Of a stretch of 64,000 nucleotides of DNA, positions 13,526 to 27,029 are shown piece by piece. Every line of letters begins with the position of its first letter. Positions within the stretch are counted from its first letter, which is position 1. The stretch lies in contig NC_043001.1 in assembly GCF_006345805.1 (NCBI RefSeq), positions 56,110,001 to 56,174,000 on the forward strand, given 5' to 3'. The notes under the pieces were generated by a model, which saw only the letters and a list, made by a program, of their open reading frames with translations, was not told the origin of the DNA and made no database searches. This stretch comes from Octopus sinensis (taxonomy: Eukaryota). Both the position numbers and the translations under genes were made by a program.

Positions 13526-14385
13526 AATTATAGATAAGGGTATCTAAGAGATACCATCGTGCTTGAAATTGCAGTCAAAACCTGACTCTAAAACCACATC
13601 ATGTATTCAATACAGCACAAGGTGAAAAGAGAAATAGATAAACTAATGAACACTATCTTTTCACCTTGTGCTATATTGAATACATGATGTGGTTTTAGAG
13701 TCAGATTTTGAGTGCTATTTCAGGTATGGTGGTATCTCTTAGATACCCTTATTTATAATTTTAAAAATATTTATAACCTATAAGGCTTTTTCTTTCCATG
13801 CTGCCACTTGATTTGATCGTTATTTAAATTACGATCTTATCCTTATTTAAATAGAAATTTATATATATTTACTTTGTCATTATATTTACAACGGTGGTAT
13901 TTCGACCATACAAGCACATGGTGTTTGAACGGATAACTGAACTGGTCGTGTATATACGTGCATACTGAACTGGTTGTGTATATACGTAAGTATTCGCATG
14001 CTTGTGTGTATATATATATGTAATTATTTACAATTCTTGGTATATTTCATTGACGAAGGTAAACTATTTTTATACAGAGCCAGCAACCCAAGGTTTGGAA
14101 TTATCCAATTTCCACTAGTTTATCTGTGTTTACCTTGTGGTGTATTGAATACATGATGTGATTTTAGAGTCAGGTTTTAACTTCTATTTCAATCATGGTG
14201 ATATCCCTTATTTATAATTTTAATAATAACCTATAAGATATTTTTCTTCTCATGCTGCCACTTGATTTGATTGTTATTTGAATAACGATCTTATCCTTAT
14301 GTGGTGGTTTAATAAAGTATGCGATTGAGTATTATCTGGTAATTGATATTTAATTTAGATGTATTTCTCCATTTTCTTATCTTGT
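13526..14385 (+). mobile_element. Penelope-like pLTR remnant with inverted and direct terminal repeats and a degenerate hammerhead
   Basis: Inverted arms 13526-13630 and 13656-13760. Direct second copy at ~14130-14300, preceded by a hammerhead-like motif at 14045-14100. Embedded in (TA)n. Confidence 0.6.
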
Positions 14386-14512
14386 ATATATATATACATA
14401 TATATATACCGGAGTAAACACATAAATGTGAAACAAAGAGGAAAAAAGAGTACTCAAATACCAGTGGTAGAGTAATATGCTTTATTTAAAGCAGCAGAAA
14501 ATTCAACAAAAC

Positions 14513-14550
14513 CTGTTACTCTGAGTTTCCCGTTGCCGTTCATCGGACAG
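14513..14550 (-). ncRNA. Minimal type-I hammerhead ribozyme-like motif (U4C core variant)
   Basis: Minus strand: CTGT|CCGATGA|ACG GCAA CGG|GAA|ACTCAGAGT|A|ACAG. Stem I CTGT/ACAG, quasi-palindromic stem III, GUA cleavage triplet. Confidence 0.65.
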
Positions 14551-14564
14551 TTTTTGTAGCAAAA

Positions 14565-14600
<36 letters not shown>

Positions 14601-14859
14601 TTGCTCACACGTGACCATCGTCCATCTTTCTTTTCTTCACGTGTGTGACCATCTTCCATTTCTTGCAAGGGCGTTCAAACGAGTGGGCATATTTTTCTCT
14701 CTCTCTTCTATATTTTAGCTTTTCAAAAAATTGTTTCACCCTGCGTTTACTATATTCCTCTCGTGCTAGTCTAACGACCCTCCATGTTTGTTTTCATTCG
14801 CTTACCTTGTATATCTCCACCGTTATTTTTTGTTCCCAACTTTGACCCTCCATTTCAGG

Positions 14860-15072
14860 CGGTGGATAGGGGACAAAGATAAACATACACACCTAGATAT
14901 ATACACACATATATATAAGACGGTTTCAGTTTCTGTCTAGCAAATCCACTCACAAGTCTTTAATCATTCCGAGGCTATAGTAGAAGACACTTGCCCAAGG
15001 TGCCACGCAGTGGGACTGAACTCGAAACTATGTGGTTGGGAACGAACCTTCTTACTACACACCCACACCTGC
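14860..15072 (-). mobile_element. SINE family A, 5' half
   Basis: GAAGACACTTGCCCAAGGTGCCACGCAGTGGGACTGAAC match to family A. Confidence 0.8.
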
Positions 15073-17111
15073 ATCGCTCTCTCTCTCCCTCTCTCGCTCT
15101 CTCTCTCTCCCTCTCTATCCCCCTGTCTCTCCCGAAATATATAACTGAAGCAAAGCCCTTACGGCACAGTTTGACATAACATAAATCCTAGTTGTTATCT
15201 TCCTTTCATATGCCAACCTCATACTGGTTTCCACGCTACCATGGGGAAGAAATATGAAGTGGGCATAGGAAAAGAAAGGCCTAAGATTATGAGATCTAGA
15301 GATGGCTGGTATTAGACTAAAGACGTTTAAGAAGGCCTTCATAAGTAGTGATTAGTTAACTAGTGGAAAAAGACATAGGTAATTCATCATTATAGAAATA
15401 ACAGAAGCATGTGCATGAAAGACAGTTGATGAACCATAGGGATGTGATAGCCCGAATTTCCATTTAAGGGTTCCTTTACATCGATAGTGATTTTAATATG
15501 GAATACAATAATTGGTATGATATTGGTAAATAAATTGCCGGTGAACTATTATGATATTGCTGGTGAAAGTGAGAGCTTGGTGTAGAAACAGTTATTTATA
15601 AAATAATTGAATAAGAACATTGAAAACTACTTGAAAACATTTATAATTGTAAACAAATATCTAAAATCTCTGCGAAATTTAAATAAACTTTCCGTGTCAT
15701 CAGAGACAAAGACTTTATTGGCGAGACACATAATACAGACTTACTTATTCAATAACACTACTAATAGTAATAATAAAGCTAGACATACAGTTTTATAAAA
15801 TTTAAAAGTCAATGAAAATGGCACAAGCGTCACAATAGACGGTAGAATGGAATATTCAAACTCACGAATAAACCGTAACTTACATTTACAACTCGCAATG
15901 ACAATTTCATAGGTTAATTAACTTTGCTGAAAGCGTGTTAAGTAAAGATAGCAAATCCTTTCTGCGAATTTACGCAATTTGTTCTTTTAGAATTCTACTC
16001 TTCTATCACTATACATTTTCTAAAGCAAACGTATTTTGATAAGCCAATGCTGCAATGATGAGTTCTAATAAGACCGAAGTATGTTCGTATCTATCAACTG
16101 CAGATTTTCTCTCTCAACTTGAAAGTTACAGTTTCTGTCAATTTAATTTTCATTTCTTGAAATTACACTCGCTTTCTTTCTTTTACTTTCTTTTAGAGTC
16201 GCTAAGAATTACGGCCAGGCTTTTGTTTTCTTTCTCTAAGTAAGACACAAATTTCCATACATCAAAATGTGTTTGCATATGTAATACAGTACCTCAGCAG
16301 CAGATAAGTAAATTATCTAAATGTGACATGGTCTCCTCGAGTAACTTCCCTTAGCAATACATACATACATACATACATACATACATACATACATACATAC
16401 ATACATACATACATACACACATACATACATACATAAGAATATATATAAAACATGTATGTATGCATACACACACACACACACACATGTATACATACGTATA
16501 TCCTGGCCTGTTTATTTTCATTGTCTCGATTTCCTTTCTCTCTATTTCAATATCATTTATTTATGTTTGTTATCATTTAACTAAACACTTTCACTTCCTC
16601 CACTTTTTCTTTTTCCTTTCAATCCTTTTTCTAGTTTTTGTTATACCCAATTTTCCTCCTTACCGCTCTCTCACTCTCCCCACCTCTTTCCCTCTCATTC
16701 CTTTCACTCTCACACACAGCTTATCTTCATTTCATGCGCGACCAAAGCCTCTTTTTCCAGTCCTACCACCTTTGATATCGCACTCTCTCCCTCTTTCTCT
16801 CTCTCTCTCTCCTCTCTCCACTTATCGCTTCTACTCATTTATAACAACACCTACACCGATAACAACACTTACTACAACAAGCGCTAGAACAACACAACCA
16901 AAACTATCGGTGACAGGGGAGCAGCCATTAAGGTCTCTACCCAGTGTTCATGATTTATGGCTGTTCTCCGCTTTCTTGCTCCTCACATTACCCTACTTTC
17001 TCGTACCCTGTATAGTGCTTACACCTTTCCACCCGAATCTCCCTCTTTCAAAATACATACATACATACATACATACATACATACATACATACATACATAC
17101 ATACATAGACA

Positions 17112-17253
17112 CAGGCATAACTGTGTGGTTAAGAAGCTCGCTTTCCAACCACGTGGTTTAAGGCTCAGTCCCTCCGCGCGACATTTTCGGCCAATTGCCT
17201 TCTACTACTACTATTTCGGGCCGACCAATGTTGTCTGATTGAATGTATGTATG

Positions 17254-17287
<34 letters not shown>

Positions 17288-17346
17288 TGTATGTATGTAT
17301 GTATGAATGTATGTTGAATGACATAAATGGGTCTCCCTAGACATAG

Positions 17347-17394
<48 letters not shown>

Positions 17395-18480
17395 TGTGTG
17401 TGTGTGTGTGTGTCTTAGTATCTGTTTATCCTGTTACGACCTGCCGTCGCTCAAACTCTTCGGAAACCCGGGACCCTACCAAGTCGAGCGACGACGATTG
17501 ACCGGCTCGATCGAACGGGGAATTCGCCACGCAAGGAGAGAATTCGGTGGGGGAGAATGGCAGCGAACTCGGCAACCGGTGACCGGAGAGAACAACAACA
17601 ACAAACAACAGCATGAAGAGACAGAGAGAGAGACGGCGGAAGGCAATTGGCTACATTTAATAACAGTTTATACAATTATTACAACATCAAATAATTCAAA
17701 GAAAATACATGCAAGGAAACAACAAATCAAAGCATTTAAACAGTACACGTCGAATCAAAACAAATAATGTTCACATTAACGATACAGTTCAATGTTCAAA
17801 TCACATTAAAGTCTTTCTCTTTCTTTTTTTTCTTTTACATTTCAACAACTCTTTTCCTTAATTCACAATGTCTTTACAATCTCATTTCTTTTTCTCTTTA
17901 GCACTGTTCTTTCTTTTTTTTTCCTCTTTCCTTTTCTTTTCCACATCAATTCTCTTTTTAGTTCAACACATCAAAATACAACAACCAAAAGACACAAACA
18001 AAACTTTACCGGACGTTCCTTCCCGTCTGCAACAATTTCAGAAAACTACTACCGTAATCGCCAAGCCCTCTCGCCGCAATCTCTCTCAGTTCCTTAATCT
18101 TCTCTGCCTGTCTTCCTCTGTCACATCAGAAACAACCTGTTACTAACTTGCTCTGTCCTCGACTGTCCCGTCTCTCGTAGAGTTGCCGGCCGACTGTCTA
18201 ACAGACTCACAGTTCCTGCTTTTTAAGGGGTGTTTCCAACGAACTTTCTTTCACCTGAAAAGGGTCGCAGGTCTCCCCAAAACTAATCAATCCACCTGAA
18301 TCTGACAGGACAATGGATTTATTCCAAAAGTAGGTCGCAACCACTGTCCTTAAATTGACCCATTCATAACAATCTCCTACCACTGCTTGACAATCGGTAT
18401 TGGTTGCAAGTACATACTCTGGGATCGATTTATTCGACTAAAATATCTCAAGGCGGTGCCCCAGCATAGCCGCAGTCTAT
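17112..18480 (+). mobile_element. SINE family A split by a solo-LTR insertion
   Basis: Head at 17112-17240. Body resumes at 18372 (CCACTGCTTGACAATCGG). 3' end CCCAGCATAGCCGCAGTC. Confidence 0.7.
17432..18371. mobile_element. Solo LTR (Gypsy-like, ~940 bp)
   Basis: Ends TGTTACGA...TCATAACA (terminal inverted repeat). 4-bp flanks ATCC/ATCT (TSD, one mismatch). Interrupts a colinear SINE. Confidence 0.75.
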
Positions 18481-18683
18481 AAGTATGTATGTACGTACGT
18501 ACGTATGTATGTATGTGTATGTATGTATGTATGTATGTATGTATGTATGTATGTATGTATGTGAGATTTTGTCTGTGTGTCGGACACTCTAGAATGAATC
18601 GATTTCTTTGGTTAATCAAAATAAATAGGATGGAATTAAAGTTGATGGGGGTTAAGATTTCCGACAGTCAGTATTGTCATTAG

Positions 18684-19651
18684 TAGTAGGACACGGCGGC
18701 AGCGATGACGACGACGACAATGATGACCACCACCAGCACCAGCACCACTACCACCACCACCACCACCACCACACCACCACCACCACCACCATCACCACCA
18801 CCACCACCACCACCACCTACCACAACCATCATTTATGATGAAGATTCTATGTAAGTGACTAGCTAGAAATATCAGCCAAATCTATATTAAATCATACGCT
18901 GTTCTCTAAAACAGCCACGGATATCATCGTTGATATTTTTTTATTTTATTTTATTTTATCTAGTTTCAGCTCACGAGCTGTGGCCATGCTGGGGCACCGC
19001 CATTTTTATGATATGGATGTATAAAATATGATTGTCTTAACTGGAACGCCTTTCACCACAGGTTTTTGTCCTTTAGAACCCACCTAGTAGTAGGACACGG
19101 CGGCAGCGATGACGACGACGACAATGATGACCACCACCACCACCACCACCACATCACCACCACCACCACCACACCACCACCACCACCTACCACAACCATC
19201 ATTTATGATGAAGATTCTATGTAAGTGACTAGCTAGAAATATCAGCCAAATCTATATTAAATCATACGCTGTTCTCTAAAACAGCCACGGATATCATCGT
19301 TGATATTTTTTTATTTTATTTTATTTTATCTAGTTTCAGCTCACGAGCTGTGGCCATGCTGGGGCACCGCCATTTTTATGATATGGATGTATAAAATATG
19401 ATTGTCTTAACTGGAACGCCTTTCACCACAGGTTTTTGTCCTTTAGAACCCACCTAGTAGTAGGACACGGCGGCAGCGATGACGACGACGACAATGATGA
19501 CCACCACCACCACCACCACCACCATCACCACCACCACCACCACCACCACCACCACCACCACCACCACATCACCACCACCACCACCACCTACCACAACCAT
19601 CATTTATGATGAAGATTCTATGTAAGTGACTAGCTAGAAATATCAGCCAAA
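18684..19651. repeat. Tandem array of ~370-400-bp units (2.5 copies)
   Basis: Units begin TAGTAGGACACGGCGGCAGCG at ~18684, ~19088 and ~19458. Identical apart from (CAC)n length. Confidence 0.92.
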
Positions 19652-19820
19652 ATCAAGAATATCAACATCCTCTCTATAATTATCACCACAACCACCAGCA
19701 AACAATCAAAGTGTAAGACGGAGTGGCCTCTAAACGGTCGCTAGATCTGTTAGAATCAGCAGTCAAATCTTCCTACTGCTGTAAACAAGGCAATTGGATA
19801 ACATAGCCATAGTTATAGTA

Positions 19821-20415
19821 CGAGGGTGAGTCTAAAAGTAATACCATTTTGTTTAGAATAGGCATAATTACCAACACAGGAACATGTGTATCATGCATCA
19901 AAATGAAGCTGATCCTCACAAGAACATGTATCATAGATCAAAATGAAGCTGGTCCGCTGTGGATCACATCCCTACTTCTCAACATAGTCACCGTTTTTCT
20001 CAATAGCAATGTTCCACCTTCGGATGAGAGCATGTAAAATTCTGCCATGTAAAATTCTGCTGACTGTTCTTTCAGCCACTTCTTCACTACAGTTTTCACT
20101 TCCACGTCACAGGAATAATGTTTGCCTCTCAAACCCTCTTTCATGGGGCCGAAGAGATGATAGTCCAGTGACGAGGAAGTGAAAACTGTAGTGAAGAAGT
20201 GGCTCAAAGAACAGTCAACAGAATTTTACGGGGCAGAATTTTACATGCTCTCATTCGAAGGTGGAACATCGCTATTGAGAGAAACGGTGACTATGTTGAG
20301 AAGTAGGGATGTGATCCACAGCGGACCAGATTCATTTTAATCTATGATACATGTTCTTGTGTTGGTAATTATACCTGTCCTAAACAAAATGGCATTACTT
20401 TTTGACTCACCCTCG
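19821..20415. mobile_element. Palindromic mariner-derived non-autonomous element made of two opposed transposase 3' ends
   Basis: TIR TA|CGAGGGTGAGTCTAAAAGTAAT ... ATTACTTTTTGACTCACCCTCG. Arms encode mariner C-terminus: DYHLFGPMKEGLRGKHY..EVKTVVKKWLKEQS.EFY and RWNIAIERNGDYVEK*. Confidence 0.88.
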
Positions 20416-20667
20416 TTTATATGGAGAAAATAGATCTGGTGTTGACGAGCGGAATGGCTTCGATTATAGTTTGTTCTCTTAGCGCTGACTGGGGCTGAAC
20501 ACATCAAAAGAACTACTAAAACAACAACTAGCACATGAGCGTCAACACAGTTACTTCATCTGTTAGAAATAACAGTTAAATACTTTCACATTGCACTGTC
20601 ATGTTAAAAACATGGAAGGCATATTTCATAATAATGTCGTAGACATCATTCAGAGTTCTGGGGAGAG

Positions 20668-20735
<68 letters not shown>

Positions 20736-21827
20736 GTCACTTTCAAGAGCGTTTTTATTCTCTATACACAGGATTGACCTGTACAACAAAAGCAACAACA
20801 GCAACAACAATAGCAACAATTACATCGACAATATTACTAACGCAAAGAATCAGTCGAACATCCGTTGTACCACTAACGACAGCAATACCATAAAACCAGA
20901 ATCATTATAACAATAACAAATGTACTATAAACAACACCCACAATCTGATCACCATCTGAGGTAATTGTAGTTACTATAACTTATTCCACTTCTGCCACAC
21001 CGCAGCACAGAAAGAGAGCAAATAATGGCAGGAGTATATACTATCATCAGACCGCATCATAGCTCGCATAAAATTTAATTTATTCGGCAACCCACCAATG
21101 ACTTTGTTATCTAAATTCATACCACTGGTCCCTTTGCGTTATTTTGTATAGCTCCTTATTGTATAACTTATGTAAATTTACTATGGAGAAAACTGTTCTC
21201 AACTTATTCTGTATATATTTAGAGACCTAAATTTCTTCGGAGACGAGAATGACTATGCTTATGATGCATATTGAGGTAGAGGTTCGTGTTCATTGTTGTC
21301 CCTTACCACCAAAGTAAAACATCTGATTGTCTTTTTCTTCTAACACTTTAATATATTGAATTGCTTTTCTTTATTCTTAATTTATGAGAACTATGAACTA
21401 TCTCCCAGGCTGGTGCAGCCTATGTAAAGGTTAGAACAATTATATTAATCAAAATCAAAATAATAGCTCTTCTAAATTTATACGTTTTTACTTTTTACTT
21501 TTTTTGTCAGCAATAAGCAAGTGTAGTTATTCTGGTAGTAAAGAATTCTAGATTTCTGAAACTAATGAATTCTGGGAAGTTGTTTTGAGCTGTTACTCCG
21601 TTGTTGAAGGTCTTCTGTCGCGGGAAGACACTAGGGACCTTGAAAAAGTAGAGGTTGATTGGAAAGAAATTTGTTGTGTAATTTCGGTAAAAGAAACCAA
21701 TTCATTTAATTTCTGCAAAATGCTTTGCAAAACATGCCTGGCCTTGTAAACTCGGCGAATGCGGCTGGGGTTTGGAAAAGATCTGTAGTGCTTCGCCTCG
21801 GGGTAGCCGCTAAGAGGAATAATTTCT

Positions 21828-22240
21828 ATGGAGTGGCTGTGTGGTAATTAGCTTGCTTACCAGCCAGTTCCGGGTTCAGTTCCACTGTGTGGCACCTTGG
21901 GCAAGTGTCTTCTACTATAGCCTCGGGTCGACCAAAGCTTTGTGAGTGGATTTGGTAGGCGGAAGCTGAACGAAATTGTCGCATACACACACACATATAT
22001 ATATATGTATGCATGTGTATATGTTTGTGTGTCTGTGTTTGTACCACTAACATCGCTTGACAACTGATGTTGGCACGTTTACGTCTCGTAACGTAGCGGT
22101 TTGGCAAAAGAACGATAGAATAAGTGCTAGGCTTACAAAGAATAAGTTCTGAGGTCGATTTGCTCTACTAAAGTCGGTAGTCTAGTATGGCAGCAGTCAA
22201 AATGACTGAAAGAAGTAAAAGGAATAAAAGAATAAAAGAA
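21828..22240 (+). mobile_element. SINE family A
   Basis: GGAGTGGCTGTGTGGTAA head through AATGACTGAAAGAAGTAAAAG tail. Confidence 0.85.
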
Positions 22241-22329
22241 TAACATTCATGCCACGAGGATCATCGTCACCACTCAAAAGAAACGCAGAGCAAACTCCAT
22301 AAAAGCGGTTTTTTAAAATTTTAGCTCAC

Positions 22330-22590
22330 CCCATGCGAAAACTCATTTGTCGAGTATATTAGACTTTTCAGTTTGGTACAACCGATAGATAGATGTGGAA
22401 TGGCCAATTTTCAGCCATTCTACAACCTCCCGTGTTGCTTTGTGTGGTTTCACAACAATAATGTTGTGCTCATCGTACTGATCAAAACAAATTTTTGAAA
22501 GCGACATTGAGGTGTAAGTACGCTGGAATTTCCCTGACTAGATGACTGGTTGATATTGCAAGCACTTTCCGCAGGTCTGCGTTTCATTTT
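22330..22590 (-). mobile_element. Degenerate mariner transposase N-terminal fragment
   Basis: Minus translation ATREVVEWLKIGHSTSIYRLYQTEKSNILDK*V resembles the mariner HTH2/WVPH region. Confidence 0.45.
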
Positions 22591-22842
22591 CAACTAATAT
22601 AAAATCGCCAGTATTCGTTTTTCTTTTTCTGTCTTTAATTTACAAACTTAAAATAAACAAGAATTAATTGTGAAAGGAAAGCAAAACCATTAACATAAAT
22701 CAATAGAAAGATAGCTTGTACTGCAAAATATATGTTGCACGCACAGTTCAATAAAAGCTCATTCCAAAACTAGCTTAAAAAAATATTAACAAAGACTGCA
22801 ATTATTTTTACACAAGTCCCATAATAATAATGGTTTCACATC

Positions 22843-23040
22843 TTGGCACTCGGCCTGTAAGTACGGGGAAGTAAGTAAGTAGATCATATTGAGCCCACTG
22901 TTCAACTGGTACTTATTATCGACCCCGATGGATTGAAAGGTAAAGTCGAACACGGTGGAATTTGAACTCTGAGTGAGAAGACGGACGAAATACTGGTGAG
23001 CATCTTGCTGAGCGTCATAACGATTCTGACAACTCGCTAC
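22843..23040 (-). mobile_element. SINE family B
   Basis: CTGGTACTTATTATCGACCCCG..GAAAGGTAAAGTCGA..GGAATTTGAACTC. Confidence 0.75.
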
Positions 23041-23279
23041 TTTAACAACAACAGCCACAACACATGCATACATACACACCACACCACACCGCACACACAC
23101 ACACACATACATTTACAAACACATATACATATGTACATTGAACTAAATAAATGCATATATATGTATATTATATATTCATATATATATATATATATATCTA
23201 TAATATATATATATATTCATATTACATATGTCTATCTCTCTCTCTCTCCTTTCCGTATATATGTGTGTGTGTTTGTGTA

Positions 23280-23327
<48 letters not shown>

Positions 23328-23856
23328 ATATATATTATATGTGTGGTGTGTGTGTGTGTGTGTGAATGTGTTCAAGGCGGTGCTCCAAGCACGGTCCGCT
23401 GTCAAATGACTGAAACAAGTAAAAGAATAAAAGAAATATATGTCTACATGCATACATACAAACATACATACGCACATCATTATATATTTATAAATAAGTA
23501 TTATGTATATATGCACATACAAACAGATCTCTGATATTCAACTAGATATTAATACTCATTTGCACACGCATGTATCAGGATATTCAAACAGTTTTCAATA
23601 CCATCTCCACCATTTAATCGGAATGAGGTGGAAAGCGTAATCACTGCAACCTCTGTCGCCGAGCCTATAATTCCTATCTGTTGTGAACAACATATCGCAC
23701 GAGGGACGGCCTTCTCATTTGTCGCGTTACAAATATTAAACGAGGATCGATGCACCCGAGCTGCCGCTTTAGTCAGCGATCTCGGGTGTCGAGGTAATCG
23801 GCGGCGTTACGCACTTCGACAGATAACGCAATTAAACGATCTATGAAACGACCCAC

Positions 23857-24000
<144 letters not shown>

Positions 24001-24409
24001 CATATACATGTATAGATATACATTATCTGATATTTATATCTATATACACAGATACACAGACATTCTTTACATCATTATACATACACATACACATATATAC
24101 ACATGTCTGGGTGTATGTTTGTATGTGTGCATGTATGAGTGATTTATAGACAAATATTATAACCAGAATATATTAGAAAATATTAATTCCAAGACTGATT
24201 AGATGTCTTTTAGGTTACAATATCCAATTTGGCTGCTCAGTGCCGATACCATGGCGATCCTTCTTAATACAAGCAGATTGCAACATGCTTATTTTATTGT
24301 ATTTATTGATTCATTCACATATGTATTTATGTTTTTTTTGTAACAGTGTTGGATGTTCAGGTCACATGATAAGGGTACGTAGATACTGTGTCGCCGAAAT
24401 TATTCTGTT

Positions 24410-24451
<42 letters not shown>

Positions 24452-24511
24452 AGAATGAGATAAAAAAAATCCAAGGCTCTGAATACTTTCCAGAACATTT
24501 ATAAAGAGAAG

Positions 24512-24559
24512 GTCTTACAGCTGTTTCCGGGATATTTTATATATCTCTTCATCAGAGAC
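24512..24559 (-). ncRNA. Minimal type-I hammerhead ribozyme, intact catalytic core
   Basis: Minus strand: GTCT|CTGATGA|A GAGATAT ATAAA ATATCCC G|GAA|ACAGCTGT|A|AGAC. Stem I GTCT/AGAC, stem II hairpin, palindromic stem III, GUA triplet. Confidence 0.8.
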
Positions 24560-24848
24560 GGTGCAAGAAAATGTTTAAGAAGATATGAAATACAGAGTGA
24601 AGTGGGAGAATAAAAACAGACGTGAGATACGTACAGATACTGTATTTGCAGTACCATTATTTAAGCAGAATGGTGTATATATAAGTTTTATCTCATTTTG
24701 TTAATTTTTATATACATGGTTGCTAATACACGATCTACATTGGACTCCTCATTCGTATCATTATCGAAGTTGGAGCTTAACTATTGTCTGTCCATAGCAC
24801 TCAACATTACCTGATACCTTTGGGTCTTCTTAACACCAATACCTCTCA

Positions 24849-24897
<49 letters not shown>

Positions 24898-24903
24898 CAT
24901 ACA

Positions 24904-25480
24904 CAGAGATGCAGGAAGTAAATATACACCTTTAGTTTTCAAAATTTCTGCTCTAAGCGTCTTAATATGTTTTCAGCGGTGTAGAATTTACAATTATTCT
25001 TTTTCATTCCAGGTTTCAAGGTGCCATTCTATTAAACATGTGCGAAGTGTAAGTATGCTACGCACAAAAAATTCAGCACAGCTGTCAGATTTTCCAAGGG
25101 GTCGTATTGTTGGGCAATCTGAGGCTGATCTTAGCCAGCGAAAAATTGCCGAAAATCTTAAAATTCCTCTTGCTACTCTTAATAGAATTATAGTGCGATT
25201 CAAAAGCCAAGGAAAAGAATCAACAGATTCTCGTGCCGGCCAACCTGGGTTCTCGGAAAGGAAGCTTCGCTGTTTGAAGAGAATTGTGGAAAACGAACCC
25301 CGTTCGACAGCTTCTGACATTGCAAAACAGCTAGAAGTTAGTCCCAAAACGTGTGTTACATATTTGCATATTCTTGGGTATTATGGACGAGCAGCTAGAA
25401 GAAAACCTCTCCTTTAAGCAATTAATATCAAATAAAAGATTTTGAAAATTAAAGGTGTCTATTTACTTCTTGCATGTGTG
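24904..25480 (+). mobile_element. Internally deleted Tc1-family transposon retaining the paired-like HTH region
   Basis: ~40-bp TIRs (ATGCAGGAAGTAAATATACACCTTTAGTTTTCAAAA and its reverse complement at 25440-25480, then TA). ORF 25040-25417: LSDFPRGRIVG..SQRKIAENL..GYYGRAARRKPLL. No DDE domain. Confidence 0.88.
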
Positions 25481-25511
25481 TATACCATCTATTTCTCTCT
25501 GTCTCTCTCTC

Positions 25512-25594
<83 letters not shown>

Positions 25595-26463
25595 GTGTAA
25601 ATGTAAAAAATTACAAACTGGGACAAGAACGTGAAACATTTAGAAGACGATACATCTTCGCAATTTCGGCTGATTAATCTTGAGATTGCTCCGATCTGGC
25701 CAGCCCCAAAGGAAAATCTAAGCCAAGCGCATTAGATTCCTTGAAAGAAAGCCTCGAATGTATACAAAACAAGGACGGAAAACCGGACGATGTTACACGA
25801 ATAAAAATACAAAAATACGTAAAAACAATAATGATAACACGAATAAGAATACAAAAATACGTAAAAACAATAATTTAACAACAAAAATAGGACGTCACAG
25901 ACAAGCGTCTTTTTAACAGGGCGAGTAAATTTTTGAGCTGGCGTTAGAAAAAAGCCTTAGGGCTACAGAGAGAAAAAAATGTGTCTTGCCACAACGGCTG
26001 CTGGCCACGAAGAGGCTAGCAATCGGTGGCTAGTCACGTGTGTGTGTGTGTGTGTGTAAATAAATAAATAAATACACATACACGCATATGTATAAGCGTG
26101 TGCGTGTGTGTACATGAACAAATGCACAAACCACACATTCACAGATACAAGTACGTTAGCGGCAATCGGTGTTAGGCACTTGTGTACATTCTCTCGAAGC
26201 GAAGATATTCTAGTTTGAAAAACTAGAAAATTTATCTTGAATGTTATGCAGTATATTTTTTTCTTTAAATTCATGTCAGAAGCTACTCTGAGATCAGGAC
26301 CATGCAAGACTTTTGGGCACATACGTAAGTTACGTAGAAATATATATACGAGTGTATGTGCGGGTGTATGTTTGTGCTTATCTCACTCCGTTATACACAC
26401 ATACATACGTACCTACATACAAATGTAGACATACATAAATATATACTTATACACGCAAACACA

Positions 26464-26494
<31 letters not shown>

Positions 26495-26538
26495 CACACA
26501 CACACAACACACACACACACACACACACATAAATATAT

Positions 26539-26955
26539 AGGCGCAGGAGTTGCTGTGTGGTGAGAAGCTTCCCAACCACATGGTTCCGGGTTCAGTCCCG
26601 CTGCGTGGAACCTTGATCAAGTCTCTTCTACTATAGCCTCGGTCCGACCAAACCTTGTGAGTAGATTTGATAGATGGGAACTGAAAGAAGCCTATCGTGT
26701 ATATATATATATATATGTATGTATGTGTGTGTGTGTTTGCGTGTCTGTGTTTGTCCCCCATTATCGCTTGACAACCGATGTTGGTGTGTTCACACACCCG
26801 TAACTTAGCAGTTCGACAAAAGGGACCGATGGAATAAGTACTAGGCTTACAAAGAACAAGTCCTGGGGTCGATTTGTTTGACTAAAGGTGGTGCTCCAGC
26901 ATAGCATGGCCGCACTCAAATGACTGAAACAAGTAAAAGACTAAAAGAATAAAAG
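26539..26955 (+). mobile_element. SINE family A, full length
   Basis: GGCGCAGGAGTTGCTGTGTGG head, B box GGTTCAGTCCC, internal (TA)(TG), tail AAGTAAAAGA. Confidence 0.88.
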
Positions 26956-27029
26956 AATATACACACATGCATACATAAATACATACATACATACGTACGT
27001 ACGTACATACATACATATATACATACATA

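Noticed and set aside
15500-16350. Possible decayed LINE RT on the minus strand (CAIFIDF-like motif)
   Set aside because: Too degenerate to assign by eye.
18684-19651. CRISPR-like or prokaryotic repeat system
   Set aside because: Long identical units without unique spacers, no cas genes, and a eukaryotic context.
25650-25720. GGCTG..CAGCC-GAAA hairpin on the minus strand of a TA-adjacent repeat
   Set aside because: No CUGANGA core and no complete HDV-like fold could be built.
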